A DNA stretch of 64,000 nucleotides from Candidatus Omnitrophota bacterium (GTDB taxonomy: Bacteria; Omnitrophota; Gorgyraeia; Gorgyraeales; Gorgyraeaceae): NCBI GenBank assembly GCA_003485765.1, contig DNHS01000011.1, positions 9,929 through 73,928 on the forward strand. The letters are read 5' to 3'. Below the pieces are notes generated by a model, which saw only the letters and a program-made list of their open reading frames with translations, searched no databases and was not told the DNA's origin. The translations under genes and the position numbers were made by a program. Of this stretch, positions 38,301-53,300 are shown piece after piece (within the stretch, counting starts at the first letter, position 1; each line of letters opens with the position of its first letter).

Positions 38301-41300
38301 CCAGCCATTGTCTTAGGTATCGCTGTTGGTTTACTTTTTTATAGATTTCATATTTATCATCATTTTATTGAGAGATATTTCAAAGCCTATACAAAATTTA
38401 AAAATGACCCATATAGCATTGCGATAACAAATGGCCAACCTATGCCGTTATGGCTGAGCCCATTGTATAAAATCTATGATGTTGCATTTTATATATTGGG
38501 GATTTTTGAAGTTTTGCTGCCTATACTGGCTGTGAAAACCCTTATATCTCCAGCTATGGAAGGAGCTATATTACCATTGGATTCAGGCTCTCCACAACTG
38601 GCGCTTTTTGCTGGGACTATATTGGCGTCTTTCAAGTCAGCAGGGACGCGTATATCGCACTGGAAATCTGATTTGTCCGCAGTTTTAAGAACTCATGTAA
38701 AGTTACTCCCAATCGTTTTAATTATTCTGGCTTCCGGGCTTAATCTTGTATTCGGGGTTGCTATGCAAAGCCAGGGAGGGGGATTGCAGTTTGAGTTGTT
38801 GTTTCCGATACTCGCATTTATCTCAGCAGTGTCGGTATTTATCTGGCTCTCATGGAAACTCCCTGACGGTCTGCCTAAACCCATGATTATGTTTTTTGCA
38901 GCTGCTGCGGCGTATATAGTTGTGGGCTATGGCCTGCCATTGCTCATTTACAATGCGCATGTTTTTGCTTATGGCCTTGGAGTGCCTGGGTTACCTACGC
39001 CATGGCCAACAGGCACGCCAATACCTACATTAACACCTGTACCGACATGGACGCCTACTATGACACCAACCGCGACTTCTACGCCCCTACCTACTTTTAC
39101 ACCAGTTCCATCGTCTACTCCTTTTGCACCAGGGTCGACATTACAACCGCCTTTGATTGACCAAAGCCAAGGCGATTTTATGGGTCCTGTGTGGAGCGCA
39201 TTAGCTATAGCAGGGTTCTATATGTTTATGTGTGTTACAGCTCTCATTGAATTTGGCAAGAGCCTGTCTATACGGGCCAAGGCAGGTATCGTGGTTATTC
39301 CAGTATTACTGATGTGGCTCGCAGTATATTATCTGGATCCTGCGCTTGCTCTGGCGCTAAATCAGCTCTGGTCAGACCTCTGGCTTTCATTAACTACTGG
39401 TTTAACAGGCAGTCTGCTGGAACCAGGCACTTCACAACTAGCGCTTTCTGCGGGAACTACATTGGCAGTTTCTGCGGCATTATTAGGCAAAACTCATAAA
39501 AGCATTGATGAAATTGAAAAAGTCGTGTTATCCGGCGCACTTGAGCCTGGTCAGCGCGTGGAACTTATGCTGGAGATGGCTGGGCTGCTCAAAGCAGCTG
39601 ATAATGAAGCAGGGGGCGCTTCAGATACAGGTGAACAACTCCCATTGTTTGAAGCTGAAACATTGACATCGCCAGCGCGCCTTGTTATCGAAACACAAGA
39701 AGGAAAAAGTTTGTATGACACAGCCAGAGAAAAAATAGTTGCGCCTTTTCTTGATGCGCTCTCTGGATGGATTCAAGTTATACAGCAGGGGCCAACTAAC
39801 ATGCCTAAAGGATTAGGTAGATTAGTCGGAGATGCCAGGAATATTTTTGGGCTAAGTGAAGTAATCGGCCATCGCAGCCGCCAAGATTTAGATACAATGT
39901 GGCAGAAAGATAAGCCTGATCCATTTTTGTTATGGACAAATTGGGAGCAGTATAAAGATACTTCTGATAGTAAAGACATTTTACTGCGCGATGCAATAGC
40001 AATGAGGCTTTGGGAAATGCTTATAGGCTTGATAAATACAAGGCTCGTTAAGCTTGAGAAAGATTTTCTTAATGAAGAAGCTGAACATAATCTTAAGGAT
40101 GCAGAACTTAAGCTAATGGATCCTAATGCAAAAACAATAGCTCATTTTCCTCAGATGTCTAGTATCAGAGCTCAAATAAATGGCCTGGCTGCAGCTCGTA
40201 AGGCCATTGTGTTATCCGGGCCAGCTGAATTATACAAGATGTTAACAGCGATAAAATTAGGAAAAAGTTCTGAATGGACTTTAACTCAAAGAAATCATGT
40301 TAAAGAGTTTTTGAACCAACATATTGACGGAGGAGTATATCAGATTAAGCTAATAAGAATATTAGAAGTTCTTAATGAATGGCAAGAAGAACATTTTGTT
40401 GTTATATCTGCGCCCAGCGAAATGCAGCCTATAGCTTTAATCAACCAGCGCCTGGCCGCGTTGTTTGATCCTGCGACGTTTGCTGAAGGGCTGCGGCTGG
40501 TTGCTGCGACAGTTACAGATGCTCAAGGCTTTACCAAGCGCCTTGCAATTGTAATTCAGGCTGTAGTAGGGGATGGAGCAGGTGAAAAGGCTCAGATGAA
40601 CCGTAAAGCTATAGCTATTGCCTTGGTTGGATTGTTAGAGCAATCTAATCCTCAAACTGCTATTGTTCTCGTTGCACAGACCATAAGAGCGCTTGTCGAG
40701 GACAAGCCAGGTCTGGCCTATGATTTGGCAGGCGATTTAGCTGGACTTTCTCCAGAGCGTTTTAATCAGGTGGTAGATGGGAATATTGAAGTGCTTGGCA
40801 ATATTATGAATGCGCTGGGATGGGGGCAACTTCCTGCTTTAAATCAGTCAGAGGCAGTAATTAATAAGATGGAGCAGGTGGAGTTGAATGCTGATCCAAT
40901 CGATGCGCTTACAAGCGGGCCATTGGATGATGTTTTTTTTCAACAGCTCAATGCAGAACTCAGTCCGGAGACGCGCAAGACAATCAGGCGGATTCCTAGC
41001 CTGGCAGCTTTCCTGCTTGGCTTGAAACCTATTTTCTACAATTCCCGCAATAATCCAAACATCCACCGCGTGGTGTTGAACATGATAGAGGCGCCCAGTG
41101 TGCAGAAGAGGCTGGCTGCCGGACAGTGGTCTATGTCCCAATCACCATGGCGTGGTATTATACTGGCTTCCAGGGATTGGATCAGTCAGATTGACGACGT
41201 GCTGAAGATAGCGTTGGCTGATGCCAACCGTGAGGCTCTAGCCAAACAGGTGTTTGATGCGGCGGGTGAATTCTTTGCCAGAACGCATGGCAACCCGCTT

Positions 41301-44300
41301 ACGCTAGAAGAACAAACACAAGTGCTAGATACGGTGAATAGTCAACTTGCAACTCTTCCTTACGATGAGGTACTGGAAGGAGTGGTTTGCGGCATACCGC
41401 TACTCGATGCCGTGCTGTTCGGGGTCTTTCGAGGCTTACCCGAGACATTTCATCTCCCGTTTGGCGGCCTTCCCTCTGAATTCTCTATTCCTAATTTGCG
41501 CTATTTTAATCAGAGATTCCCGGCAGCCCCAGATTACGTAGTTTTCACGCAATTTTTTGCCGAGCGCCTTAAGAAATGGGACTCCAAGATTGCGCAAGCC
41601 TATGGTCGAATGGAACACAATGGGTATTCTAACAGCGGTTCAGTCTATATAGATATGGTAAATCCTGAAATAGGAATGCTTAGAAATCAAGTTGAGGTTA
41701 TTTTGGAAGCGGCTCGCAAAGTTGGCAAGTCAATAAAGATTTGGCTGCGAGTTAAGCATCGGGTGTCTATTGATACTAACAAGTTGCCTGAGGAGCGTAG
41801 ATGGTTAGGCGATATTGTGAATCGGGCTGATGGCGATTCAATCGAGGGTATTCTTAGCGCTTTGGAAAAGGCAGGAGTAGATACTTCTATTTTGCCGGAT
41901 GATTACAACTCGCGGCTTAATACATATATTACAACGCTTGCTCAACTTGGCAAAGCGCTCGTTATTGATCCAACTCAAGAAGTCAGTCCACAGCAAGGTG
42001 CAGATTTTAATGAGGCCTTTGAACAATGCAGGATGGCTCTTGAATCAGCAGGTTTTAACGGGCCGCCTGAATCAGAAGATTTGCTTATACCAAGCGATAT
42101 GACAGACTCCTACCTTATTTTTGAGCGAATTTCTGCTAGATGGAATAATTTAATTACCTCTCTTGCTTCTGAAGTCTATAACCAAACACTTAAAGCCACC
42201 AATAACCCAGATGCTGCTTGGGTGGCGGCTAACCTTATTTTAACTACAAATGGGGCAGAGGGAGTAAGTTTAACTACCTCACCGCTTATAATAAAAGATG
42301 ACACATTCAATAATGCCAGTAAATTGTTATCTCCACTTGCTCACCTTGGTTTAGTTACTGCTTCTAGTATTTTGAATTTAGGCGCAGGTGATACGCTTGA
42401 TATTTCTATAGTTGCTGCTGAGGCAGAACCTGCGCCAAAACTAGCATATGATGCAAATAGAAAAACAGGCGCGGCTTTGGTAATGGGAGCGCGTGATGGG
42501 CTGCCTGCTGAAGCGCTTGAGGTATTTGCCAGTGATACACGTGATAACAGTCTATGGGCCACAGCAGCAGTGGAACCAGTAGCTGTGTCAAAGATGCATG
42601 CTGATGTTGCTGATGATATTACTGTTGTTTCAATCGACCAAAATCTACCTACTGCGGATCTAGTTCACGATGTACTCGAAGCGCTAAAGCTAACTCTAAT
42701 GGTAGAGGGTGACGCAGATGAATCTGCAGCCACATTACAGCAACACGAGGCGCACCTTTTAGTCGAAGCGAAGCGGGTCAAAGATGTCAGAGAGATAGCT
42801 AAAAAAGGCGCTAAGGACTATGTTGCAGAACATCTGAATACAGAGGTAGTGATTGAAGAGCATACTCCAAGCTATGTACCGCTTTCAACAGAAGATATTG
42901 AAAACAAGAGCCTGCGTAAGGCAATTGGCCGGATTAATAGAGAGCTGATTGCCAGACACCCCATCACGGCTGGGGTACTTGCTGAGCTCTATGATATCGC
43001 GCTTGGCCGCAAGAAAGATGGAGTCGATGAAGCTGACTCGTTTAGAAAGTTAGTTACGGTGATTGCGGAGGCGATGAGACAAGAGGCTGAAAAGCAGCCT
43101 TCTCCAGGCACAAGCCCGATTGAAGACTTTCCAGTCCGACTGCTCTTGCGTGATGGAGAGTGCTATTTTGTGACTCGGCGAACTATGCTTACACTACCTG
43201 AGTTTGTCAGTGGCGTTACTCAAGCGCATGGCGTATTACTGCCGCAAGCCGTTGACTGGAGCATCTTCGCGCAGCACGTGTGGGATAGTATGATCCTTCG
43301 CGGAGAGGCGCTTCAAGCAGTGGTTGAGCGTGCCATGGTTTTACAGGAGGCATTTCTCAAAGAAACGGCCAGGAGTTATACAAAGACCTACGGACAATCG
43401 TTTCAGACAGTACGCACAATTCAGGGCTTGGTAGAGGTTCCGCCTGACACATATCGCTTCACAGATTTGTACCCAGATCTCCTCCAAACGGGAGACACGT
43501 TGCGCCAGCAACTTCCATCGATTGACCCTGTCAGACGGATTATTGCCGGTGCCAAACAGCCACTTGAGACTGAAGCTGATATAGAGCGGTTGGTTGAGCA
43601 ACCAGCTCGCGAGGTAGTTCGCCATCTCAAGAGATTGGGTGTGCAAACGGACACTGCCAACGCCTATGGATCAGGTCTGAAACGTGTAAGCTGGGAAGGC
43701 CCAGATGGGAATTTCTACATTACACTGCTTCAGCGTGAATCTTATAATATCGAGGCGTTGTCGACCGAACCTCTTCAGCCCAAGGCTCCAACTGACATGG
43801 TCTTAGAGGAACTTTCCGAATGGATTGGGGATAGGCCTCAGCAACTCGCTAAGCAGTATGAGGCGAAGCTTGAAGCGCTGCAAGAGCAACATGCCGATAA
43901 TCCAGAAGCATTAGCCAATGCCCTTGAAGCTTTTCATGCAGAGCGTCAAGCTGCGCTGCAAAAGTTTGCGGAGGAAATTTTTTCTAAAACTATTGAATCG
44001 CTTGCTGCGATGTCTGTTGATGACCAGATTGCTCACACTCTCGCTAATTTTATCACCCAGTGGGCCTTGGCGATTACCGGGGCATATTCTGTATCTGCAA
44101 CTGAATCGCATCCTCAGGGTAGATTTCTATACCCAGCCGGATGTTTAGCCAGAGGCATAGAAGGACTTACAAGAAAAATGTATCAAGATATCAGGAGAGA
44201 GGGGTTATCTTGTTCATTTAACAGAGATAAGACAAGACGCACTTCCGTATATCCTGAGGCAGTTTCTTTTGCGCTTTGTCCGGATGAAATGTTTGCTTCG

Positions 44301-47300
44301 GGTAGAACGACTGCGATTGACAAATTTGGGCCATCAAAAAGCAAAGATAATGTTACCTTTGTTTTAGACCCTGAATGGGTAAAAGCCAATAAAGGCAAAT
44401 TTAAATTAGTCGGGTCAGTTTTTGATCCAAGTGGCCCCTCTAGAATTCGTTACTCGGAAGGCCTTGAGTTGTTAGGTCTCGAAAAACATGAGTACGAGGT
44501 TGAAGTTAGAGTTATAGGCACTGATTTGTTTGTAGGAAATCGGGACGAAATCCATTTTATATCTATTTCGCAGGAGCAGTTTGAGGATATCCCACCTGAA
44601 GCGATACTCGGCATTATTGCCCGTCCGGAGAAAATTATAGAGATGCTGCAATGGGATAGAGAGTTAGGGCTCGGTTCTCTTCCTATGTTTGCATGGAAGC
44701 GGGAACCTTATGTCAGGAAATTGAGTTTATTCGATCCTGACGTAGAGGAGACAAACGCGCAACTTGCCTTAAAAGTAATAACTGAGGCAAAAAATCGGAT
44801 TGCTCAAGCAGGCGATTTAGAAACCATTCGGGCTATGAATGATATATTTGAATTTGCCAGAAAATTGGGAGCGGTTGAAATCGAAGGAGAAGAGGCAGGT
44901 TCATGTTTTACTTCTGAAATGGGAATTCTTGCGCTGGATGAGAATGGATGGGGTATCATTGAAGAAATGCGAAAGGATGCGTCTGCCTTTAATCATTTGC
45001 GTGAGAGCGATGGATATATCCAACTATTGGCCAGGCTTGGAGAATATGATAAAGTTAACGGACCCGGGATTTATTTTAACAGGGAAGCAGTATTGCAAAG
45101 GGAGAGAGAACAAAGATATAAAGTTACGAAATCGTATTTTGTCATTAAACTTTACGAGCTGCTTGTAAGTGAATTTAATCTAATAGACATAGATTTTTAT
45201 CAAACGACTTTTTATAAGCACCCTATAGTGCTGGAAGGAGGTTTTAGATTTGCCAGTCTCATGGGTCCTGATGAATTACAGGTAATCCTTACCCTTATAA
45301 AAAAATATATGGATTCAAGATTTTTAAGCAGGGAGGGGATACGCGAATACATAGTTAAATTAATGGAGGATTCCGGGACGCAAGAATTCCATGAGGAATC
45401 ATTAGAGATGTTTACTTCTGGGGTGGATAGGGATATGCTGCGTGCGCTGAGGAGCCAACCAGCAGTTGTTCCAGCGCCAGCAGGCAACGATTCTGAAACT
45501 GCAGGGACGGGTTACTTCTCTGGCGAGAAGTGGGCAGATATTTTTAGCGGCCGGAGCAGTCAGATTAAAGACAATGACCTTACTGCGCATTATCAGGAGC
45601 GGATTCTCAGGGTAGTTGAAGATGCTTTAAGAAAAAATTCTCTTGATGATACTGATAGAGCTATATTTCAAGCTGTAGCTAATGGTTTGCGTCAAGGCGC
45701 TTATTATATATATGGGTTTAAGGGGATTGTTGTTGGCAGTAATGATTATTGTTTGGGTTTACATAGCTTTAATCCAGGTTTTTCCAGGCTTTTTCTGGCT
45801 ACTGATGTGATGGCTGAATTGGAAACAGTGGGAGGACCGGAGCTGGTAGACGCATATTTTTTAAGGCTTCTACAGTCTTCTTCCAGCCAGCGTTACAATA
45901 TGAGCTTAGAAAATGCTATGTTGCGCGGTTTTATTGATGGGGAAAGGCATTTTATAGAGTTAAGAGGTTTTAAGACGCCTGAGACTGAGCGTCTTGCAGA
46001 AGAAACAGCAAGAGAATTTTTAGAATATACAGTAGTGAGAGAATACTTACGGGCTTCAGGTGTTTATCAAGGTTTTGATTTGCAGAAATTGTGTGGTTTT
46101 ATCTTAGACGAAACAACCGGCGCATGGCAGCCACCTGAGATAGAAGGAGGCAGGCGTTTAAAACTATATGTTTCAGCTTCTGAGGATATAGAACAATTGC
46201 GCAGAGAGATACGTAATGGCCTCTGGCATGTTTTACGGGTTACTCCTCGGTCAATAGAAGGCCGCTTAACTAGTGAAGCAAAAAAGATTTTACCTCCTGA
46301 GGTAATTGAGCAGATTGAACGTATCGGAAGCTGGGATCTTGCTAAATGGACAGAGGATGATTTTAATGCAATAACTCTGTCTGGACGCGCCATTTATCTT
46401 AAATTACTTAACCCAATTCGTATAGGCAATGAGACATTTGAAGCAGTAAGATTAATAGGTTCAGTTGCTCTTGAGCTACTACCTCCTCTTTTAATACCTC
46501 ATCGCAGGGGAAGAGGGTTGAATATCGATTCAAAAGGGGCTATAGAGCGGGGAGGATTTGATCCACTTGGCGGACTAATATTAGAAGGCGCTTTGACCGA
46601 AACCGAAACTTTATTACTGCTGCGGCAAGCTGGTTATGATGTAAGTTATCCTTGCGGTCATTATCGTTATCCAGGACAAGTCTTTGAAGGAGATGAGACT
46701 GGTTTTAGCGTAATGCTTATGCATGAGGGGCAGGAGAAAAGGATGTTTGACCAGTGGGGCGAAATCATGAATACATCAGGGTTTTCTCGAGGCCGCCATG
46801 TTTTAGGGCCTATTTATAAAATGGGTAGGTTCTCAAGGTGGATCCAAGAAAATCTAGGCCGGACATGGCCAGGACAACATTATACCAATGTTTCTTTGAC
46901 AGGTGCTGAATTAAGGAGCGTCCGCTTCCATGATTTTAAAGAAAGCAAGGTATTGCCAGACAATATAGCCCAGGCAGTCGGGCTTCGTTTTTTAGACATA
47001 GCTGAATTTGTTATGCATAACGAATATTCTATAAAGATGGGCGCGGATTCGGAACAGGCAATAGAGCGCGTAGCCACAGAGTTAAAACTGGCTAAAGCAT
47101 ATCTTGAAGGATATTTTGCCGATCTCCTTAATAAGCCTGATCCGAGAATTGTTAATTTCTTAACAGAAGAAGAATTTCCTAATACCATAGAATTTATTAA
47201 ATCAGTAATGAGGAACTCTATACCTTCAGGTGAATATTATTCGGTGCCAATCTACCAAATCAAGCATCCTTTAATAGCCTTATTAATAGAATTAGAAGAG

Positions 47301-50300
47301 AAGCGTCAGAGCAGAAGAGAGAGATTGGCCTCGCCCGGAGGGCTCGGCACTTCCTCGGACATTTCGTCCTCGGTCGCTTCGTCCCTTATGGGGGTTCGCA
47401 ATGACAGTTTAAGGGTTATTCCGTTAGCCGAGATGACGCTCCGTAAGGTTCCAAAGAAACCAGTAGAGCAGGGCGAACCGGTTAGTGAGGAAATCAATAC
47501 AGCAGTAACAGCTGAGGCTGAAAATGCTGCTGCAGCAGCCAAAGCGCAGAAAGTTGATACTGTTCAGGCTGAAGCTGTTGTAGGTAATGCTATCCAGTCA
47601 CTCATTCATTTAACCAACCAGGTTACCAATCTAATCAATAATATGGGCGAAGGTAAATACGCGTCTCAACCTAATGCTTTAGAAGGCATTCAAAGGCAGC
47701 TTAAAGCTGTTGTTGAGAGGGTGGTTGATGTTGATAAAATTCCTGCCTCAACTTCCGGCATAGATGTTGTCAAAGGCCAAATCAGGACTCTTGAGATATT
47801 GTTAGGATTTCTTGAGGCATTGGAGCCTGGTAAAAGCGCGACAGGCATGGCTCCGGAACAGGCGGACAGCCCTGATTCTTTAGCTAATATTATCAGCCAG
47901 CTGCAGATTATCCTGGCGCAATTTCAGGCAGAGAGAGTTAAATTAGGCAATAAAATAGAAGAATGGCGTTTTCAGCGTTCGCTGACTGGCCTGTCAGGTT
48001 TGGAGAAATTTCTTGGAGCTGTGATAGCGTTAACAGCTATTATTATTGCTCCTTTTGGTATCGGGTATCTGGCTGGAGGGATATCAGGGGTAGTGGCAGT
48101 ATGGTTTGCGCTCTTTTTACTGACTGTTTCATGGGCGCCGCTTGACTGGTTTATGAAAGAAGATTGGAAAGCAGGGACTGTAAGCCTGGGCATTGCGACA
48201 TTAGCGCTCTTATTTCTGCCTAAGTTTGGAGTGAGCGCCGCAGACTATTTGATTTATCCCTGGACGGCGTGGATGGCCATAGGAATGTTTAGAATGATTC
48301 TTGGCGGAATTAGAGGAAATAGAAACGATTTTTCTGCAGTAGAAGCTGACGCATACCAAGGTATTGATTTTAGTCAAATAGCAGTTAACTTGCGGAATTC
48401 ATGGCCTGTCCGCTTATTAAACTGGCTTACATTTAGTGTAATTTTCCCTGCTATTCAATTGGTTTCTGAACAGATTCGGCAGGCGCTTAGCGATGATGAG
48501 TTTAAAAAGCAGATTGCGGCATTGGGCGATACCATTGTACAGTCGTATCAAGAGGCAGTAACCGCAGGCAATGCCTTGCAGGAAACAGTGAAAGATGTCC
48601 AAGGCGAGATGGAAGCTATTCAGGGAGAGATGGGCCGCCTGTCAATAAATGTAGAGACAGCAGGAAATGAAATAACAGGACTCTTTTCGCAGTTTAAAGA
48701 GCTGGAAAAATTATCTCAGAAGCTTGAAGATGAGATTGGCCAGGCAAGGCAGGAGGTTGAAAAACGTTGGGCTGATGCATTGCCTGCGGCAAGGGCAAAG
48801 GCTGAACAAGTTAAGGCATTACATAGCCAGATGTCTGCGTTAGCAGATGACAGCCAGGTTCATATAGATAGAATTCATACTTTTGACCACGAACGCAAAC
48901 AAGCGCTTCTGGCGCGTTTTTCAGCCTTACGCGAATCCATTGAAAAGCTAAATAGCGGGGTCGCTAAAACAAAAGAGGTATTAGATGCGTTAGAGCTCCA
49001 AGTGCAAAAGAGCAGGAATTCTCTTAAGCAAAGAAATTTGGCTGTTGCCCAGCAGCACGTGAACACGGGTAAACAGCTTGTTGCGCTTGCAGAGCAGTTG
49101 TTGGAACAAGTAGATAAAGGTGTTAGAGATGCGGAGCTTGAATGGGAGCCTGCGATTACAGATGACGCGGTTAGTCAGGGGCAATTCGAAGTTAATCTGG
49201 AACAGGAAAAAGAAGCGCTCCGCGTAGATAAACAGCGCATGGCTGATTTGCTTTTAAAAGCCGCGAGCCTTGTTGAAGAGATGGTTATTGAAAAGCAAGT
49301 TATTAGAGCTGAGACAGCCCATGTAATTACAAATGCCAGAGCAGCTGGCGGGCAGCTACGGCGTGCCACTATGACAATGGAAGAAAGTCTCGAAGCTATA
49401 AGACTGCGCTCAGGAGGATTGAGCGGAGAGGTTGACACGGCAGGACAAAAGCTTCAAGAAGCATTGGATAAATTAGGCAAATCGCGAAGCGCTGCTGATA
49501 AGGAGATTGGTAATATAATACAAGCCAGGGCTAAAGGCGATACTGCTCTTAAGGAAATTGGGCGTTTTCGCGATGACTTGATAGGCAAACGAGTAGATAG
49601 TAAGAGTGTTCAAACGAAATTGCTGGAGCTTAGCCTGCAGGTTGAACAAGCGCAGGATGCCATTAACACAGCAGGAGAAACTGCCAAAGCATTACTGCCT
49701 AATCAAAAGATATGGAATGAAGCTTTGCAAGCTATGATGTTAGTAGCGCGAACAGCCCATGATGTTTTAAGCCGTCAATATGAAAGAACGCGTTTAGCAG
49801 AAGAAAGGCTTACCGAAGCTGAAGCAGTCAATATGTCCGGCTCAGAAGAATATCAAGCGCTTATTGCTTCAGGCCAGGCTGAAAAGCTGGCTATGGCTAG
49901 CCTTAATGCTGATATTGAGACAATGATTAGTCGCGGCCTCGCAGATATTGCAGAAAGCCTGCTTGCAACACGGGCGCAGAGAGCGCTCCTGATAAAGACT
50001 TATACGGACTGGATTGCGTCAGTTAAAGCCGCGAGAGAAAACATGGGGCAGCAGCTTGCGTTGTTTGGAGAAGCGCTGGAACGCATTGATTATCTGATTG
50101 AAGAGCGCAAGAGCCAAAAAGCGCTGCAGCTTTCGCTGCAAGCAAAGTTCCGACAATTAGAAGAGGAATTGCGGCCAGGAGAAGTAACTTTGGAAATTAG
50201 AGGGGAAGACTGGATAAGAATGATTGGCGATGAAAATTTATTGAGAGTATTGATTGAAAAAAATCCTTTTCTTAGAGTAGATAATATTGCTTATGTATTG

Positions 50301-53300
50301 AGCAACAATGGCGCGCCAGTTATTTTATATATAAGAATTCAGGTACTCTCTCCGGATGAACGTATTTTTAGACCTATAGAGGTTGGTTTTGGGTTTGAAG
50401 CCAGACAAGAAACATTAAGGATAGCTAAAGAGCGTATGCAGGAATTGAGGGCTATTTCTGATCCTCTGCTAAAGTTATTGGAGGATATGCGAGAACAATT
50501 CGGTATTCCAGAGACAGCTATTAAGTGGGAAGATAGCCGCAGTTCAGTTAAAGGACGGATGCTGGTACGCCGCTTGCCTCCTGCTGAAGAAGATAAAGGT
50601 ATTCCAATACAAGATGTATTTGGCTATGGGATTCTAGGAGCAATCGAAAAGAGTCGACAGCCTGAGTGGGTAGACCAACTTATAAAAGCGCAAGAAACAG
50701 AACCTGGTTCTTTGCTTGAAGAGTTCGTGAGGTTTATGGAAAGTGGCAGGACTACTACTGATCCCAGGAGCAGGCCTGGATGGGCAAGTAGTGGAGGGTG
50801 GGGTAGCGCAATGCCGGCTGAACGAAAATTGCAGGAAGTAAGCCTTGTTACTGCAGATAGCGCTGTCATGCATCGGCCTAATGTAGGGTGGCATAACGAT
50901 GCGGGAAGATTATGGCGCAGACAAGGAATAGGCGGGCTTTTGCCAATATTTACCCGTATGTTCAAGGCAGTTGGCATTGATGGCCTGAAGCGTATTTTAT
51001 TTTTTCAGCCTTTACTGGAATGGTTATGCTTTACAGTTTTACCAAGTTCCATTGCTATATATATAACAGGCCAGCCTATTACCAGCCCTGAAGGGTTACT
51101 GATATTCGGGGTAGTCGGCGTATTTATGCAGATTCCTTTCTTGCTGGGGCATATAAGCGATAAAAGATTATTATTACCAGCTGCGCTTGTCGCAATAGGC
51201 GCTAGCTTACCAGGCGCATTGTTAGTTTTAGGATTTAGCCTGCCTTTGGCTGTGGTGGCGCTTGGGCCGCTAATTGCGCATATAGCAATAAACTCAGTTT
51301 TTAGAATATATTTATTATCAATAGATACGCTGCCTTCCAATAGTGATGCTTTTAGTGAGATAAGCGCAAGGGCGCCGCCTTTTGTACTGCGCGCGATTTG
51401 GCTACGACTTGTTATTAATAATGTTTTAAAGGTTATATCAGAAGATAAAAAAGTAATTTTAACCGGACATAATAATTATGAAGCAATAAAAGAAGTTTAT
51501 TATGAAATTGCCCGCAGGAAACCGGAAGCCCTTGATAAAATCTATATACGCCCCAAATATATTACCAAAAATATAACTCCAAGGGTTAAAGCAAAATTAG
51601 ACAAACTAAAATCAAAATATCCAGATACATTGCCACTTAATATATTAATCAATGTTACCATTATTGAAGGGAAAGACGGGATTCGTATTTATAGAGCTCC
51701 GCTTTTAAGAGAACTTAAAAATAATGAGGTTTATAGGCTTAATCTTGAAAGCTCAGTCCAGAATGGAGTTGGCGAGTTTGCGCTAAGAAAAGAGAATTTC
51801 CCTGCAGATGACCCTGAAAGAGTTATAGTCTGCGAATTAGCTGGCAGGCTTGTGAGCGGAGTTATAACCTATATTAAAGAAGGAGATATCCCTAATACGT
51901 ACAACATGCTTAGAGATGAATTTGAAAATAAGGAGGTGTTGTTAAAGGGCGAGGTTACTCTCTGGTGTTACTGGATTTTCTCAAGAAGCATAACACTTTG
52001 GCCCAAGGCATTGATTTATTTTATAGGAGAATGGATTAAATTTATATCAAGCGGCCGCAGAACGCCTAAACCAAGCTGGAAGAAAATAAAATTAAGAGGT
52101 TTGGGTTCACAGACTGTAGATGCAGTTATAGAATATGTAAAACATCTTAAAACTATCTTTGGAGATGATGTTCAAATAGTGATAGCAGCTTATAGCAGGG
52201 CAAGTGAATATTACAAATTTCATGCAAAGGTTATGATAGAAAATGAAAATGACTATATAAATAAGTTCTTTAAGCAATTTAATGTGATTTGGGGTGGACA
52301 TTCTGGCATAAATTATTACCCATACGCAGTTGTTAAAAAAGAAACAGAAGATAAATACAATAAAGCAGGTTTTGACGAGTTGTTTGCGTATCTATTATGG
52401 CTTAAAGACAAGAAATATAAACTTGCTGAGGCGCATAAATATTTTGGCCTGTTTTTAATTGAACATCAGGAATATAGAGTTTTTGATGATACAATCTGGT
52501 TTCATTGCAGAAATGCCTTAGCAAAAGGCATGGTTCCTGTAGTTGGGCCTGTCCAACTCAACAGCAGGCCAGAGGATATCGAAGGTGGTTATGCAAATGT
52601 GCCGGTATTCTATAGAGGAGAGCAGAGACGTCAGATTATAACAAACTCTATTTTGAATAATGAGGCCATAAAAAACAGATTGGGAGATGCTGAGGGAGCT
52701 GAATTAAGAACGATATACGATAATATTATTGACCTGGCTGTTCAGGCTATTATTGATGGAGAAGTAAATAAGGAAAAATTAGATAAGCTATGTGGTGATT
52801 TAAGAGGCCGCGCTCCGTCGAACCCGGAAAAGATAGGCGAATTTCTTTTAGATTTATATTATTTATTAAGAAATGAAAATTATTTTAATTTAGAGAAACA
52901 AACCCTCCTTAAAATCTTTACAAGATTATTTGCGGAATTAATAGCTCCGTTTAGAATGACGAGGCCCGCAGATGTTCGATATCCTGCTAAAATGGCTGAT
53001 AATATTTCGAAGGCGTTAGATAATTCAATAAGCAGAGCAGAAACCCTGATAGCTAAAATTGGAGGAGAATTTAGAGTAAAAGAAACTAAATTATCGGATA
53101 TAGAAACTACTATTGAATTTGTTAATGAAACAGATAAACCATTTATATCCTGCCAAAAAATAAGAGTTTCTTCTGAAGTTGAGATTACCCAGATAAGATT
53201 TGAAGATGGCGCAAATGTTGAGATAATTGCAAAAGGAGATGCTGAAAATAGAAGTTATATTATGGTAGATGGGTCAATGAGCGTAACCTACCCTGCGCTA

